Source of the DNA: Gemmatimonadota bacterium
GTDB lineage: Bacteria > Gemmatimonadota > Gemmatimonadetes > Gemmatimonadales > Gemmatimonadaceae
Assembly: GCA_031372565.1 (NCBI GenBank)
Contig: JANMLN010000193.1
Span: 1-45,949, forward strand
Reading direction: 5' to 3'
Length of the DNA stretch: 45,949 nucleotides
Shown: positions 1-9,525 of the stretch, piece by piece
Layout: each line of letters opens with the position of its first letter
How positions within the stretch are numbered: position 1 is the first letter of the stretch
Program-made: the position numbers and the translations under genes
The notes under the pieces: model-generated
What the model saw: only the letters and a program-made list of their open reading frames with translations
Database searches by the model: none
Told to the model about the DNA's origin: nothing

Positions 1-219
1 GCCGACGCGGCTGGCAGCGCGTGGTTGGTGCCGCTCGCTCCCGCTCAGGCGGACCACGAGGGCGCCACTGAGGTGCGCTTCACCTCGCGCACTGGCGAAG
101 CCGAAACAGTCGCCATCGCCTTGATTCCGGCGGCGCTGCTCCGAACGACCCTGGCGGCACGCCCCGGCCTGCCCGATCGCGATACCCGGCAGCTCGCGCG
201 CGACGCCCGTCTCGAATAG
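1..219 (+). CDS. Possible 3' end of a hypothetical protein (truncated by window edge)
   Basis: Frame 1 is open from base 1 to TAG 217-219; no recognisable motif. Confidence 0.3.
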   Translation, partial: ADAAGSAWLVPLAPAQADHEGATEVRFTSRTGEAETVAIALIPAALLRTTLAARPGLPDRDTRQLARDARLE

Positions 220-373
220 CGCGCCGAGTCAGGCGCGACGAATCCAGCGCCCCGCGCGAAGCAGTGCTCGGCGCCTCGGCGGCACATCGGAATCGTGGGA
301 CCTCTGGCGAGACCACCCGCCGTCGACCATATCCGGGGACCCAGCGCGCGATCATCTCATCCATCCGCACACC

Positions 374-1387
374 ATGTCCCCACCACGGCTCCTCTGGGGC
401 GTTCTCAGCACGGCCAACATCGGTCGGAAGCTGGTGAACCCCGCCATTCGCGCCTCCGGCAACGGCGCGCTGCACGCGGTGGCGAGTCGCGACGACGCAC
501 GGGCGGCGGCCTTCGCCAGCGACGGCGGGTTCGCGGTGCACTACGGGAGCTACGACGCCCTGCTCGCCGACCCGGCCGTGCAGGCGGTGTACATCCCGCT
601 GCCCAATGCCCTCCACCACCGCTGGACGATCGCGGCGGCGGAGGCGGGAAAGGACGTGCTGTGCGAGAAGCCGTTGGCGCTGACCGCGGCAGAGTGTCGC
701 GAGATGGACTCGGCGGCGCGGGCCAACGGCGTGCTGCTCATGGAGGCGTTCATGTATCGCTTCCATCCGCGTACCCAGCGCCTCGTGTCGCTGGTACGCG
801 AGGGAGCGATCGGCGCGCCGCGCGCCATTCGCAGTGCATTCACCTTCAAGCTGTCGCGACCGGACGACGTGCGCTTCAGCAGCGCGCTCGGCGGCGGTGC
901 CTTGATGGACGTCGGCTGCTACTGCGTCAACGTGAGCCGCACGATCGCGGGTCGCGAGCCGGTGGAGGTGCAGGCGTGGGCCACGTGGGCAGCCAGCGGC
1001 GTTGACACCGCGTTGTCTGGCGCATTGCGCTTCGACGACGGACTCGTGGCGCAATTCGACTGCGCGCTGACCCTGGAACGATGCGAGCACGTGCAGGTGG
1101 CCGGCACGGACGGCATGCTCACCGCCGATGCCGCCTTCGTGGCACGTCCCGAGGGGGTCGAGCTCGAACATGCGCATGGCGCGCCGCTGGATCGTCTGGC
1201 GTTCGCCGGCGTGAACCAATACCAGCTGATGGTCGAACACTTCGCCGAACAGGCGCTGGCGAGGCGTGCCGGCTTGCGCGCTGCGGTGCGCTACCCGGCG
1301 ACCGAAGCGGCCGCGAACATGGCGGTCATCGAGGCGCTGCTCCGATCGGCGCGTGCGGGGGGCCAACCGCAGCCGGTCGCCCCTTGA
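374..1387 (+). CDS. Gfo/Idh/MocA family NAD(P)-dependent oxidoreductase
   Basis: WGVLSTANIG N-terminus, YIPLPN..H, LCEKP, MEAFMYRFHP and GGGALMDVGCY motifs. Confidence 0.93.
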   Translation: MSPPRLLWGVLSTANIGRKLVNPAIRASGNGALHAVASRDDARAAAFASDGGFAVHYGSYDALLADPAVQAVYIPLPNALHHRWTIAAAEAGKDVLCEKPLALTAAECREMDSAARANGVLLMEAFMYRFHPRTQRLVSLVREGAIGAPRAIRSAFTFKLSRPDDVRFSSALGGGALMDVGCYCVNVSRTIAGREPVEVQAWATWAASGVDTALSGALRFDDGLVAQFDCALTLERCEHVQVAGTDGMLTADAAFVARPEGVELEHAHGAPLDRLAFAGVNQYQLMVEHFAEQALARRAGLRAAVRYPATEAAANMAVIEALLRSARAGGQPQPVAP

Positions 1388-2606
1388 GCACGAACATCAT
1401 CGTCACCACGATGCCGATGCCCGCGAAAGTGAGCACGGCATCGGTGAGCACGGTCCCGCGCGCACCCATGTTGTTGATGGTACTGCCAAGTCCGTCGAGC
1501 CAGGTGACGACACCGATCGCCTGATTCGAGACGGCGACGAAGAGCGTGAAGGTGGTGGCCACGGCACGTCCCTGCCCCACCATCTCGAGAATCATGCCGG
1601 AGAAGGCGGCCATGGTGATGCCGTTGAAGAACCGGTAGCTGAGCGAGCCGGCCGCGTATGTGGTGGGGGTCATTGGCGACGCGGCCATCGCCAGCGCACA
1701 CAGCGCGGTGGCGCCGGCAAACAGGCAGTAGGCGACGCGTCGGTTCATCCGGTTGATCAGGAACCCACCGATGATGGCACCAGTGGCCGCGAGCATGCCA
1801 CCCACGGGGCCATCAACGAGTTCGACCAGCTGCGCATCGGCCCGATAGTCGTGCGCGATCCCCGTGAGCAGGTTGACCAACGCGCCCGCCCCAACAGGGG
1901 CCGCGCACATGACGATGCCGGTCCAGCCGGCGCGGCTCCTGACGGTACCCCACAGGTCCGCTCCGATCCCGCGGATGCGAGCGAACGCGGTGCGAAGCGC
2001 CCCCTGCCCCGGTGCCGGCGCTTCGATGGGTGGTTCGTCGCCCAGGAAGATGCCGCAGGCAGCCGAGGCGATCGTGATGGCCACGATGACGAGCCCGACG
2101 GTGGTGGGAGTCGCCCTCTCATTGAGCCAGATGAGCAGCGCACCGAGCATGCTGATGCCGCCCACGTTGCCGGCCATCTTGAAGCCGGCGGCGCGGCCGC
2201 GCTGCGCCGGATCGGCGGTCAGCGCCATCAGGGCGTCGACGGCAGACGAGGTGGTGGCGGCGCCGACCTGCGCACCGACAATCAACAGGGTGTAGGTCCC
2301 CAGGTGTTGGGCGGGCTCGGGGAAGAGCACGACCGCGCCCAGAAAGACCGCCACGATCGACGTGGCGATGAAGAACCAGGTGCGGCGCGCGAGCCCCGTG
2401 TCGAGGAGCGGCATCCACGCGAACTTCCAGGCATGCGGCATGAAGCCGACGGCCGACACCGCGCCAATCTGTGCGATGGAGAGCCCCTGCTGTGCCAGCC
2501 AGAACGGCACCGCCATCTGGAGCATCCCGACCGCCGCGCTGAACGGCAGCTCGATGACGGCGAACAGGAAGGGGGCGGTATATCGGCGGGCGGCGCGCGA
2601 AGTCAT
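1326..2606 (-). CDS. MFS transporter, AmpG-like
   Basis: About 12 hydrophobic segments; PHAWKFAWMPLLD resembles the AmpG-family WKFLWxP..D motif; start placed at ATG 2606 (MTSRAARRY). Confidence 0.8.
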   Translation of the reverse strand: MTSRAARRYTAPFLFAVIELPFSAAVGMLQMAVPFWLAQQGLSIAQIGAVSAVGFMPHAWKFAWMPLLDTGLARRTWFFIATSIVAVFLGAVVLFPEPAQHLGTYTLLIVGAQVGAATTSSAVDALMALTADPAQRGRAAGFKMAGNVGGISMLGALLIWLNERATPTTVGLVIVAITIASAACGIFLGDEPPIEAPAPGQGALRTAFARIRGIGADLWGTVRSRAGWTGIVMCAAPVGAGALVNLLTGIAHDYRADAQLVELVDGPVGGMLAATGAIIGGFLINRMNRRVAYCLFAGATALCALAMAASPMTPTTYAAGSLSYRFFNGITMAAFSGMILEMVGQGRAVATTFTLFVAVSNQAIGVVTWLDGLGSTINNMGARGTVLTDAVLTFAGIGIVVTMMFVLKGRPAAVGPPHAPIGAAPR

Positions 2607-2710
2607 CGCGCAAGGATGCGACGTGGACCGACAGATGGCGAGGCCGCACAGTGCCATCGGCGCGCTCACGAGGCGAGATTACTTCATTCTCATTACATGG
2701 AAACGGTCGC

Positions 2711-4219
2711 GTGACCTTTGCGTCGCTCAAGCTGCACCCAAGCCTGCAACAGGGCCTCAAGGATCTTGGCTTTACCCGCCCCACGCCGATTCAGGCGGAC
2801 TCCATTCCGCCCGCCCTTGAGGGGCGCGACGTGCTGGCCTGCGCCCAAACCGGCAGCGGCAAGACGGCGGCGTTCATCCTGCCGATCCTGCACCGGTTGA
2901 TGGACAAGCCGCGCGGCAGGACGCGCGCGCTGGTGCTGACGCCCACGCGCGAACTCGCGGCGCAGATCCTGGAGAGCATGAACGACTTCGCGGTCCACAC
3001 GCCGCTGACCGGCGCGGCCATCTTTGGCGGCGTCGGCATGGGGCCGCAGGAGCACGCGTTCCGGTCGGGGGTGGACGTGCTCATCGCGACGCCGGGGCGG
3101 TTGCTCGACCACTTCAAGCAGCCGTACGCGAAGCTCGACCAGCTGGAGTTCCTCGTGTTCGACGAGGCCGACCGGATGCTCGACATGGGATTCATGCCGG
3201 ACATCAAGCGCGTGCTCAAGCACATTCCCGCCAAGCGACAGACGCTGTTCTTCTCGGCCACGATGCCGGGGCCGATCGCGGTGCTGTCACGCGAGCTGTT
3301 GCACGACCCCGCCCAGATCAACCTCGAGCGGACCGCAGCGCCCGCCAAGGGAATCACGCAGGCGTTGTATCCCGTGGCGCAGGAGCTCAAGACGCAGCTC
3401 TTCCTCAAGCTGCTGCAGGGCGGCGACATGAAGGAAGCGCTCGTGTTCACGCGCACGAAGCATCGCGCGAACCGGCTCCAGGCCCAGCTCGTGAAGGCGG
3501 GGATCAAGGCCGAGCGCATTCACGGCAACCGCTCGCAAGCGCAGCGGACGCAGGCGCTGGCCGGGTTCAAGGATGGTACGTATCGCGTGCTCGTGGCCAC
3601 GGACATCGCGGCGCGCGGCATCGACGTGACCGCGCTCGGACATGTGGTGAACTTCGACGTGCCGGAGATGCCCGAGGACTACATCCATCGTGTCGGGCGC
3701 ACGGCGCGCGCGGAACTCACGGGTGAAGCCTTCACCTTCGTTGCGCCCGAAGAAGAAGCGGACCTGCGCAACATCGAGAAGGCGATCGGCAAGCGGTTGC
3801 CGCGCGTGACCGTGCCCGACTTCGACTACACGGCCAAGCCGGTCGAGAAGCTCGAAGTGCCGCAGGCGGAGCGCATTGCAGCGATTCGCGCGGAGAAGGC
3901 CAAAGCGCGTGCAAACGCGGCAGCAAAGGCGGCGCGACGCGGGCAGAGCGGCGGTGGTGCTGGTGCTGGTGCTGGTGGCGGTGGCGGTGGCGGTGGCGGT
4001 GGCGGTGGCGGTCGGACAGGCGGAAGCAGCGGTGGCGGCTCGCAAGGTGGCGGTCGGCCAGGCGGGAGCAGCGGTGGCGGCTCGCAGGGCGGCGGTCGCC
4101 CGGGCGGGAGTGGCGGAGGCGGTGGCGGTGGGCGCCGTCGTGGCGGCGGCGGCGGTGGAGCGTCCGGGGGCGGTCGTCCCTCGTCCGGCCCGCGCGACGG
4201 CGGGACGCCGTACCGCTAG
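2711..4219 (+). CDS. DEAD-box ATP-dependent RNA helicase (RhlE-like) with Gly/Arg-rich tail
   Basis: Q motif PTPIQ, AQTGSGKT, PTRELA, TPGRLLD, DEAD, SAT, ARGID, HRVGRTAR; GTG start at 2711. Confidence 0.96.
   Translation: MTFASLKLHPSLQQGLKDLGFTRPTPIQADSIPPALEGRDVLACAQTGSGKTAAFILPILHRLMDKPRGRTRALVLTPTRELAAQILESMNDFAVHTPLTGAAIFGGVGMGPQEHAFRSGVDVLIATPGRLLDHFKQPYAKLDQLEFLVFDEADRMLDMGFMPDIKRVLKHIPAKRQTLFFSATMPGPIAVLSRELLHDPAQINLERTAAPAKGITQALYPVAQELKTQLFLKLLQGGDMKEALVFTRTKHRANRLQAQLVKAGIKAERIHGNRSQAQRTQALAGFKDGTYRVLVATDIAARGIDVTALGHVVNFDVPEMPEDYIHRVGRTARAELTGEAFTFVAPEEEADLRNIEKAIGKRLPRVTVPDFDYTAKPVEKLEVPQAERIAAIRAEKAKARANAAAKAARRGQSGGGAGAGAGGGGGGGGGGGGGRTGGSSGGGSQGGGRPGGSSGGGSQGGGRPGGSGGGGGGGRRRGGGGGGASGGGRPSSGPRDGGTPYR
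3953..4117 (+). repeat. In-frame microsatellites (GGTGCT)n/(GGTGGC)n followed by about 2.7 copies of a 42-nt repeat encoding GGGR(T/P)GGSSGGGSQ
   Basis: Units at 4004-4045, 4046-4087 and a partial unit from 4088, read directly. Confidence 0.85.
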
Positions 4220-5361
4220 CCGATTGCGCGCGCCCGAGCGATGCGCGCCCCTTCGCCCTTGAGCGAAGGGTCGCCCGTCGCCTTGGCGATCAGTGCCGCC
4301 GCAGCGTCCAGCTTGGAGTGCGCCTCGACCACCTGCCCCTCGGACATGAGCACCGCCCCCTCCGCGCGCAGGCTGGAAATGCGCGGCAGGAACGGTGACG
4401 GCGTGACCCGTGCCCACTCGGCGCGCGCGACTGCCGCGTCGCGTTCGCCTACGGCGGCCCAGTAGGCCGACTCGAGACTGACGTATGCCGCCATTGCGGG
4501 CGCGAGCCCCTCTCGGGCGTCGCGCACCGCGTGCATGTGGCGCGTCGCGTCCGCGTTCAGCCCCATGTCGCTCGCACGCTCGTGCAGCGCCAGGTGGAGC
4601 ATGATGCCGTCCATGGAATCATCCGCGAGGGCCTCCGCACGCTGCACGAGTGCGGCGTCCCATTCGGCGCTCGGCAGGCCCGCCATGCTGAAGACGCCGA
4701 GGGCCGTGCCCGTGCACCACCGCTCGGCGTCGTCGCCCCCGGCGCGCAACATCCGGAGCCGCGCGCCATCGGAATAGAACCCGCCCGACCGCGGCGGCAG
4801 CATGGTCGCCAGAAAGACGCCTGCGGAGCCCAATCCGAGCATGCCGACGAAGCTGCGGAGCGCCCCCTCCGTGAGTGGAAACACCGCGGCTGCGAGTAGT
4901 GCCGAGAGGAGCGACGCGAGCGGGCCGCAGAGCACCACACGATACAGGTTGGCACGCAGACCCTGCACATCGAGCGGCAGCGTCGCGGCGATGCCACCCC
5001 AGAACGCCGCCGACCGGTTGAACTGCCAGCGAACAACCCCTGCCTCGCGGCGCACAAGCAGCGGCCCCGCAGCGAACAACATGAACCGGTTCCCCTGCGC
5101 GAGTCCCGCCACGAGATGGCCGAGTTCGTGCAGGGCGATGACCAGATTCACGGCGAGTGCGACGACGACGGCGATGGTGACGCCGCCGATGCGCTCGACG
5201 CCGATCACGTCGCGTCCCGTTGACTTGGCCAGCGATCCTGCGGCGAGCCCGACGCCGAGTCCGAGACCGCCGGCGAGGAGGATCGTGAGGGCGACGGCGC
5301 GAGGCGCGCGCGTGCGCGTCGCGGAGGCGCGGGACGGTCGGACGATGTCGGTGGCGGTCAT
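4216..5361 (-). CDS. Site-2 protease / M50 family membrane zinc metallopeptidase with helical C-terminal domain
   Basis: HELGH in a TM segment, GPLAS, LPP....SDG motif; start placed at ATG 5361. Confidence 0.8.
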   Translation of the reverse strand: MTATDIVRPSRASATRTRAPRAVALTILLAGGLGLGVGLAAGSLAKSTGRDVIGVERIGGVTIAVVVALAVNLVIALHELGHLVAGLAQGNRFMLFAAGPLLVRREAGVVRWQFNRSAAFWGGIAATLPLDVQGLRANLYRVVLCGPLASLLSALLAAAVFPLTEGALRSFVGMLGLGSAGVFLATMLPPRSGGFYSDGARLRMLRAGGDDAERWCTGTALGVFSMAGLPSAEWDAALVQRAEALADDSMDGIMLHLALHERASDMGLNADATRHMHAVRDAREGLAPAMAAYVSLESAYWAAVGERDAAVARAEWARVTPSPFLPRISSLRAEGAVLMSEGQVVEAHSKLDAAAALIAKATGDPSLKGEGARIARARAIG

Positions 5362-5436
5362 TGATCGGGAGCGAGGGTCGCGCGCACTACGCACCCCCAC
5401 CCGCGAAAGTTTTCCGGGCCTGGTTCGACCCCTTGA

Positions 5437-5913
5437 TCAGTCCGCGTACGGCGAGTCTTCGCCCCGATCGAAGGGATTGCTGGTCAGCGGCCCCGGTCCC
5501 GCGAGATCGCGCGCCATCTTGATCAGCATCGGGCTCAGGTGCTTGCCGAAGCGGGTGAGGTTCTTGGCGCGCCCGCGTTTCTCGAGCAGAAACTTGAGGA
5601 TCGGCGAGTCCGCCTTGGCCGAGTTGCAGGTCTTGCAGGCGAGCACGAGGTTGTCGCGCCGGTCATAGGCCGTCTGGCCGCGGCGCGGGGTCACGTGGTC
5701 GAGCGTCATCGTGCCCTTCGGGAACAGCTTGCCGCAGTAGGCGCAGATGGGACCATGCTGCTTGAGCAGCCACTCGCGCGTGTCCTGATACGCGTTGCGC
5801 GACGTGGACACGGACGTGGCGTGCTCGACGACCTCGGGTCCGTAGGGGGAGGCCTTGCGCCGACGGGAGCGTCCGCGGGAGGGACGGCCAGACGATTTCT
5901 TCTTGGCGGTCAT
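5437..5913 (-). CDS. HNH endonuclease (Zn-finger His-Me, McrA-like)
   Basis: CAYC...LDHVTP...DNLVLACKTCN; very basic N-terminal tail. Confidence 0.9.
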   Translation of the reverse strand: MTAKKKSSGRPSRGRSRRRKASPYGPEVVEHATSVSTSRNAYQDTREWLLKQHGPICAYCGKLFPKGTMTLDHVTPRRGQTAYDRRDNLVLACKTCNSAKADSPILKFLLEKRGRAKNLTRFGKHLSPMLIKMARDLAGPGPLTSNPFDRGEDSPYAD

Positions 5914-5934
5914 TCGGTTGATGGCATCAGGCAG

Positions 5935-6008
5935 TACCCCCGGGGAGACTCGAACTCCCGGCCAACGGTTTAGGAAACCGCTGCTCTATCCACCTGAGCT
6001 ACGGGGGC
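5935..6008 (-). tRNA. tRNA-Arg(CCT)
   Basis: Cloverleaf GCCCCCG TA GCTC AGGTGGATA GAGC A GCGGT TTCCTAA ACCGT TGGCC GGGAG TTCGAGT CTCCC CGGGGGT A; A20 present; CCA not encoded. Confidence 0.96.
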
Positions 6009-6024
6009 AGGAGCGGACGGTAGT

Positions 6025-6030
6025 AAGGTA
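6025..6030 (-). promoter_or_regulatory. Candidate -10 element (TACCTT) for the tRNA-Arg/HNH unit
   Basis: TAnnnT hexamer in an AT-enriched patch 16 nt upstream of the tRNA; no clear -35. Confidence 0.4.
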
Positions 6031-6155
6031 ATGACGACGGGGCCAGACACGAGGTTGCAGGGGCGCCTCGGACGCCGGAACCGGGGCCAGTGGCACGATC
6101 TCCTCCTGCCTCGGGGCGATCGCGTAGGCTGCGAAGGAGACGCCGCCGCTGCGCC

Positions 6156-6581
6156 TCAGCGGCTGTGCTTGTACATCATCTCCACGAGCTCATCGTACAT
6201 CGCGTCGGCTTCAGCCTCGCCCGACCGGATGGCTCCCGCCGCGCAGTGCCGCAGGTGATTCCGCATCAGCTCCCGACCCACCGACCGCAGCGCCTCGTGG
6301 ACCGACGCGATCTGCGTCATGATATCCGCGCAGTAGCGGTCCTCCTCGACCATCTTCTGCAGCCCGCGCACCTGCCCCTCGATCCGACGGAGCCGCGTGA
6401 GGTTGCGTCCCTTGATATCGGCGTCGACCGCCAGCGCCTTCCGGGGTGCGGCGTCCTGCGCGCCGCAGCCGCAGGCGGCGGTGGTGCCAGCAACTGGGTC
6501 GGCGGTCGACGCCGACGCTGAACGACGCGTCTCACGGCCCGCGCGGGGGGATGGGGGGACTCGCAGCGACTTGCTCGGCAT
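6156..6581 (-). CDS. csoR: CsoR family copper-sensing repressor
   Basis: RLRRIEGQVRGLQKMVEEDRYC...NHLRHC with the Cys-His-Cys ligand set; directly downstream of copA; start uncertain. Confidence 0.9.
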   Translation of the reverse strand: MPSKSLRVPPSPRAGRETRRSASASTADPVAGTTAACGCGAQDAAPRKALAVDADIKGRNLTRLRRIEGQVRGLQKMVEEDRYCADIMTQIASVHEALRSVGRELMRNHLRHCAAGAIRSGEAEADAMYDELVEMMYKHSR

Positions 6582-6612
6582 CAGCCGGGCCTCCGGGCGA
6601 CGGGGTGGGTGG

Positions 6613-9063
6613 TCAGGCAAATCGGGCATGGCGAAGGCGCAGCGAGTTGCCCACGACGCTCACCGAGCTGAAGGCCATGGCCGCGCTGGCGAGGATGGGG
6701 CTCAACAACAGGCCGAATGCCGGGTAGAGGACTCCGGCCGCGACCGGGATCCCGATGACGTTGTACGCGAACGCCCAGAACAGGTTCTGGCGCATGGTAC
6801 GCATGGTGCGGCGCGACAGCTCGATGGCCTGCGCAACACTCGCGAGGTCGCCGCGCATCAGGACGATGTCCCCGGCTTCGATGGCGACATCGGTTCCCGT
6901 GCCGATGGCGAGGCCCACGTCCGCCTGCGCGAGCGCTGGTGCGTCGTTGATGCCGTCGCCCACCATCGCGACCACGCGGCCGCCCGCCTGCAGTCGCTTG
7001 ATCTCGGCAACCTTGCCCTCCGGCAGCACGCCGGCCACGACGCGCGCGATCCCCGCCTGCGCGGCGATGGCCTGCGCCGTGCGCTCGTTGTCACCGGTCA
7101 ACATCACCACCTCGAGCCCGAGTGCCTGCAGTCGCGCGACGGCGGCGCGTGCGGCTGGCTTGATCGGATCGGCGACGGCGATGACGCCGGCCAGGGCACC
7201 GTCCACGGCCACGAACATGGGCGTCTTCCCTTCGACCGCGAGTCGTGTGGCGTCTGCCTCCATCGCGCCGACACCGATCGCCCCCTCTGCCAGCAGCGCC
7301 GCGTTGCCGACCATGACGCGCGCACTCCCAACGAGGCCACTCGCGCCGCGGCCCGTGTGCGATTGGAACGCGGACGCCTCGGTCACGATGACGCCGCGCG
7401 TCGTCGCGGCGTGCACGATGGCGCCGGCCAGCGGATGCTCGCTGGAGCGCTCGACCGCGGCGACCAGCCCAAGCAGCGTGGCCGCGCCCGCGTCGCTGTC
7501 ATACCGACTTGCCGGAGCGGCGATGATGTCGGTGACCGTCGGGCGCCCTTCTGTCACGGTACCGGTCTTGTCGAGCGCAATCACCTGCACGTCACCCGCG
7601 CGCTGCAGCACTTCCCCGCCCTTGATCAGCACGCCCAATTCGGCCCCCTTGCCGGTCGCCACCATGACGGCCGTGGGTACGGCCAGGCCCATCGCGCACG
7701 GACAGGCGATGATGAGCACCGCCACGGCGGCGGCAAAGGCGCGGATGAGGGGCGCCGAGTCCACTGTCACGTACCAGACCGCAAAGGTCGCGATCGCGAG
7801 CGAGATCACCAGGGGAACGAAGATGCTTGAAACGCGATCGGCCATCGCCTGGATCGGCGCGCGCGATCCTTGCGCGTCGCGCATGAGGCGCACGATCTGC
7901 GCGAGCATGGAGTCGCGGCCGAGCGTGGTCGCACGGTAGCGGAAGGCCCCCGTGCCGTTGATCGTGCCGCCGATGACGCGATCGCCCGTCGTCTTGACGA
8001 CGGGCAGCGACTCACCCGTGAGCATCGATTCGTCGACGGCGCTCTCCCCCGAGATCACGTCGCCATCGACCGGGACGCGCTCGCCCGGGCGCACAACGAT
8101 CACCTCGCCCGACTCCACCGACTCGACTGGGGCATCGACCTCGGAACCGAAGCGCACGACGCGCGCAGTCGTTGGCTGCAGATGCACGAGTGCGCGCAGT
8201 GCCGAGGACGTGTTGCGCTTGGCACGCGCTTCGAAGGCGTTGCCCGTGAGGATGAGCGCCGTGATGAGGATGACGGCCTCGTAGTAGACGTCGGGACTGA
8301 GGCCGCTGTCGGTGAAGAGCGACGGCGCCACCGTCGCCACGACGGAGTACGCGAACGCGGCGCCCGTCCCGACGGCAATCAGCGTATTCATGTCCGCCGA
8401 GTGGTGACGGAAGCCGGCCCAGGCTCGGGTGTAGAAGTGACGTCCCGCCCAGAGCATCACGCCGAGCGTGACGAGCAGGAGCGCCCACGAGAGGATGGCC
8501 GGTGGCGTCGTGTACGCCCACGGGACGATGGCGCGGAAGAACGGATCCAGCGTGTCGGCCGACCAGCGCATGAACGGGTCGGCCGCCGCATGGCCGTGCG
8601 CACCTGCGGCGAGTTGGTGCGTGAGCGGCATGGAGACGAGCATCGCCAGCACCCCCGCCACGCCGCTCACGATCGCCTTGCGCTTGAGCTCGGCGAACTC
8701 GTCGGCCGTGGCGCGATCGCGTGCCTCCTGCTCCTCGAACGCGGACTGCTCCGGGTTGGCGATCTCCGCACCGTAGCCCGTGGCGCGAATGGCCTCGACG
8801 AGCCGCTCGGGCGCGACCGTGCCAGGATCGTACGCAACCGTCGCGGTCTTCATCATCAGGTTGACCGTCGCCTCGGCAACGCCGGGCTCCTTCTGCAGCG
8901 TGCGCTGCACGCGCGCCTGACAGGCCGCGCAGGTCATGCCGCTCACGGTCACGCGGACGCTGGTGGTTCCTGACGCGGGGGCGGGCGGCGGCGGCGCGAT
9001 CGCGGAATCCGACCCGCGCGGCGGCTCCGTCGGTGCGGACAGGATCGGCAGTCCCCGAGCCAT
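6613..9063 (-). CDS. copA: Cu(I)-translocating P1B-1 ATPase
   Basis: GMTCAAC metal-binding domain, TGES, CPC, DKTGT, SEHP, GDGIND, YN and MAFSS motifs. Confidence 0.96.
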   Translation of the reverse strand: MARGLPILSAPTEPPRGSDSAIAPPPPAPASGTTSVRVTVSGMTCAACQARVQRTLQKEPGVAEATVNLMMKTATVAYDPGTVAPERLVEAIRATGYGAEIANPEQSAFEEQEARDRATADEFAELKRKAIVSGVAGVLAMLVSMPLTHQLAAGAHGHAAADPFMRWSADTLDPFFRAIVPWAYTTPPAILSWALLLVTLGVMLWAGRHFYTRAWAGFRHHSADMNTLIAVGTGAAFAYSVVATVAPSLFTDSGLSPDVYYEAVILITALILTGNAFEARAKRNTSSALRALVHLQPTTARVVRFGSEVDAPVESVESGEVIVVRPGERVPVDGDVISGESAVDESMLTGESLPVVKTTGDRVIGGTINGTGAFRYRATTLGRDSMLAQIVRLMRDAQGSRAPIQAMADRVSSIFVPLVISLAIATFAVWYVTVDSAPLIRAFAAAVAVLIIACPCAMGLAVPTAVMVATGKGAELGVLIKGGEVLQRAGDVQVIALDKTGTVTEGRPTVTDIIAAPASRYDSDAGAATLLGLVAAVERSSEHPLAGAIVHAATTRGVIVTEASAFQSHTGRGASGLVGSARVMVGNAALLAEGAIGVGAMEADATRLAVEGKTPMFVAVDGALAGVIAVADPIKPAARAAVARLQALGLEVVMLTGDNERTAQAIAAQAGIARVVAGVLPEGKVAEIKRLQAGGRVVAMVGDGINDAPALAQADVGLAIGTGTDVAIEAGDIVLMRGDLASVAQAIELSRRTMRTMRQNLFWAFAYNVIGIPVAAGVLYPAFGLLLSPILASAAMAFSSVSVVGNSLRLRHARFA

Positions 9064-9066
9064 GCG

Positions 9067-9480
9067 CTACGCCTGGCCGACGTCGGCGACGAGGGACCCA
9101 TGCAGCATGCCCATGCCACACTGGAAGGGATAGGTGCCCGCCGCGGGAGTCAACTCGATCGGTGTGCGCTGTCCCGTCGGCAGGAACTTCCGGATGTTGA
9201 ACGCGGGAATCACGATCTCCTCCGAGCAGCTGCCCGAGTCCTTGCGGTCAAAGACCAGACGCACGGGCTCGCCGGCACGGACGTGCACCGTCTTCGGGGC
9301 GTAGCCGCCATCGACGGTGATCGTGACTTCGCGGACCGCACCGCCTGGGGTCGGCGCGGCAATGGGCGCGAGTCGCGCACTCCTCCGCGCCGCGGCGGCT
9401 TCGGCAAGGAAGAAGTACCAGTTGACCCAGACGATGGCGCTGGCAGCCAGAACGAGCACGGCAATGCTGGAAACGCTCAT
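9067..9480 (-). CDS. Membrane-anchored cupredoxin-domain protein (CupA-like)
   Basis: N-terminal TM ending WYFF; GGYAP, C-SEE and FQCGMGM motifs. Confidence 0.85.
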   Translation of the reverse strand: MSVSSIAVLVLAASAIVWVNWYFFLAEAAAARRSARLAPIAAPTPGGAVREVTITVDGGYAPKTVHVRAGEPVRLVFDRKDSGSCSEEIVIPAFNIRKFLPTGQRTPIELTPAAGTYPFQCGMGMLHGSLVADVGQA

Positions 9481-9525
9481 GCGTGACTCCTGTCCGCGTG
9501 GCGGACGGTGCGGTGAGCGCGCTCG

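Noticed and set aside
219..238. Hairpin GCGCGCC-GAGTCA-GGCGCG after the first ORF
   Set aside because: No U-tract and expected by chance at this GC content; not called as a terminator
374..1387. Possible functional link between this oxidoreductase and the gnnA-like gene
   Set aside because: Different subfamily motifs and 40 kb apart
3953..4117. CRISPR-like periodicity
   Set aside because: Contiguous in-frame coding repeats without unique spacers; no cas genes
5419..5435. GGTTCGACC T-loop-like sequence near the tRNA, a possible att remnant
   Set aside because: On the opposite strand to the tRNA, flanks do not form a T-stem, and it does not match the tRNA-Arg 3' end
4216..6008. Integrative element at tRNA-Arg
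   Set aside because: No integrase, no direct repeat of the tRNA 3' end, and no evident composition shift
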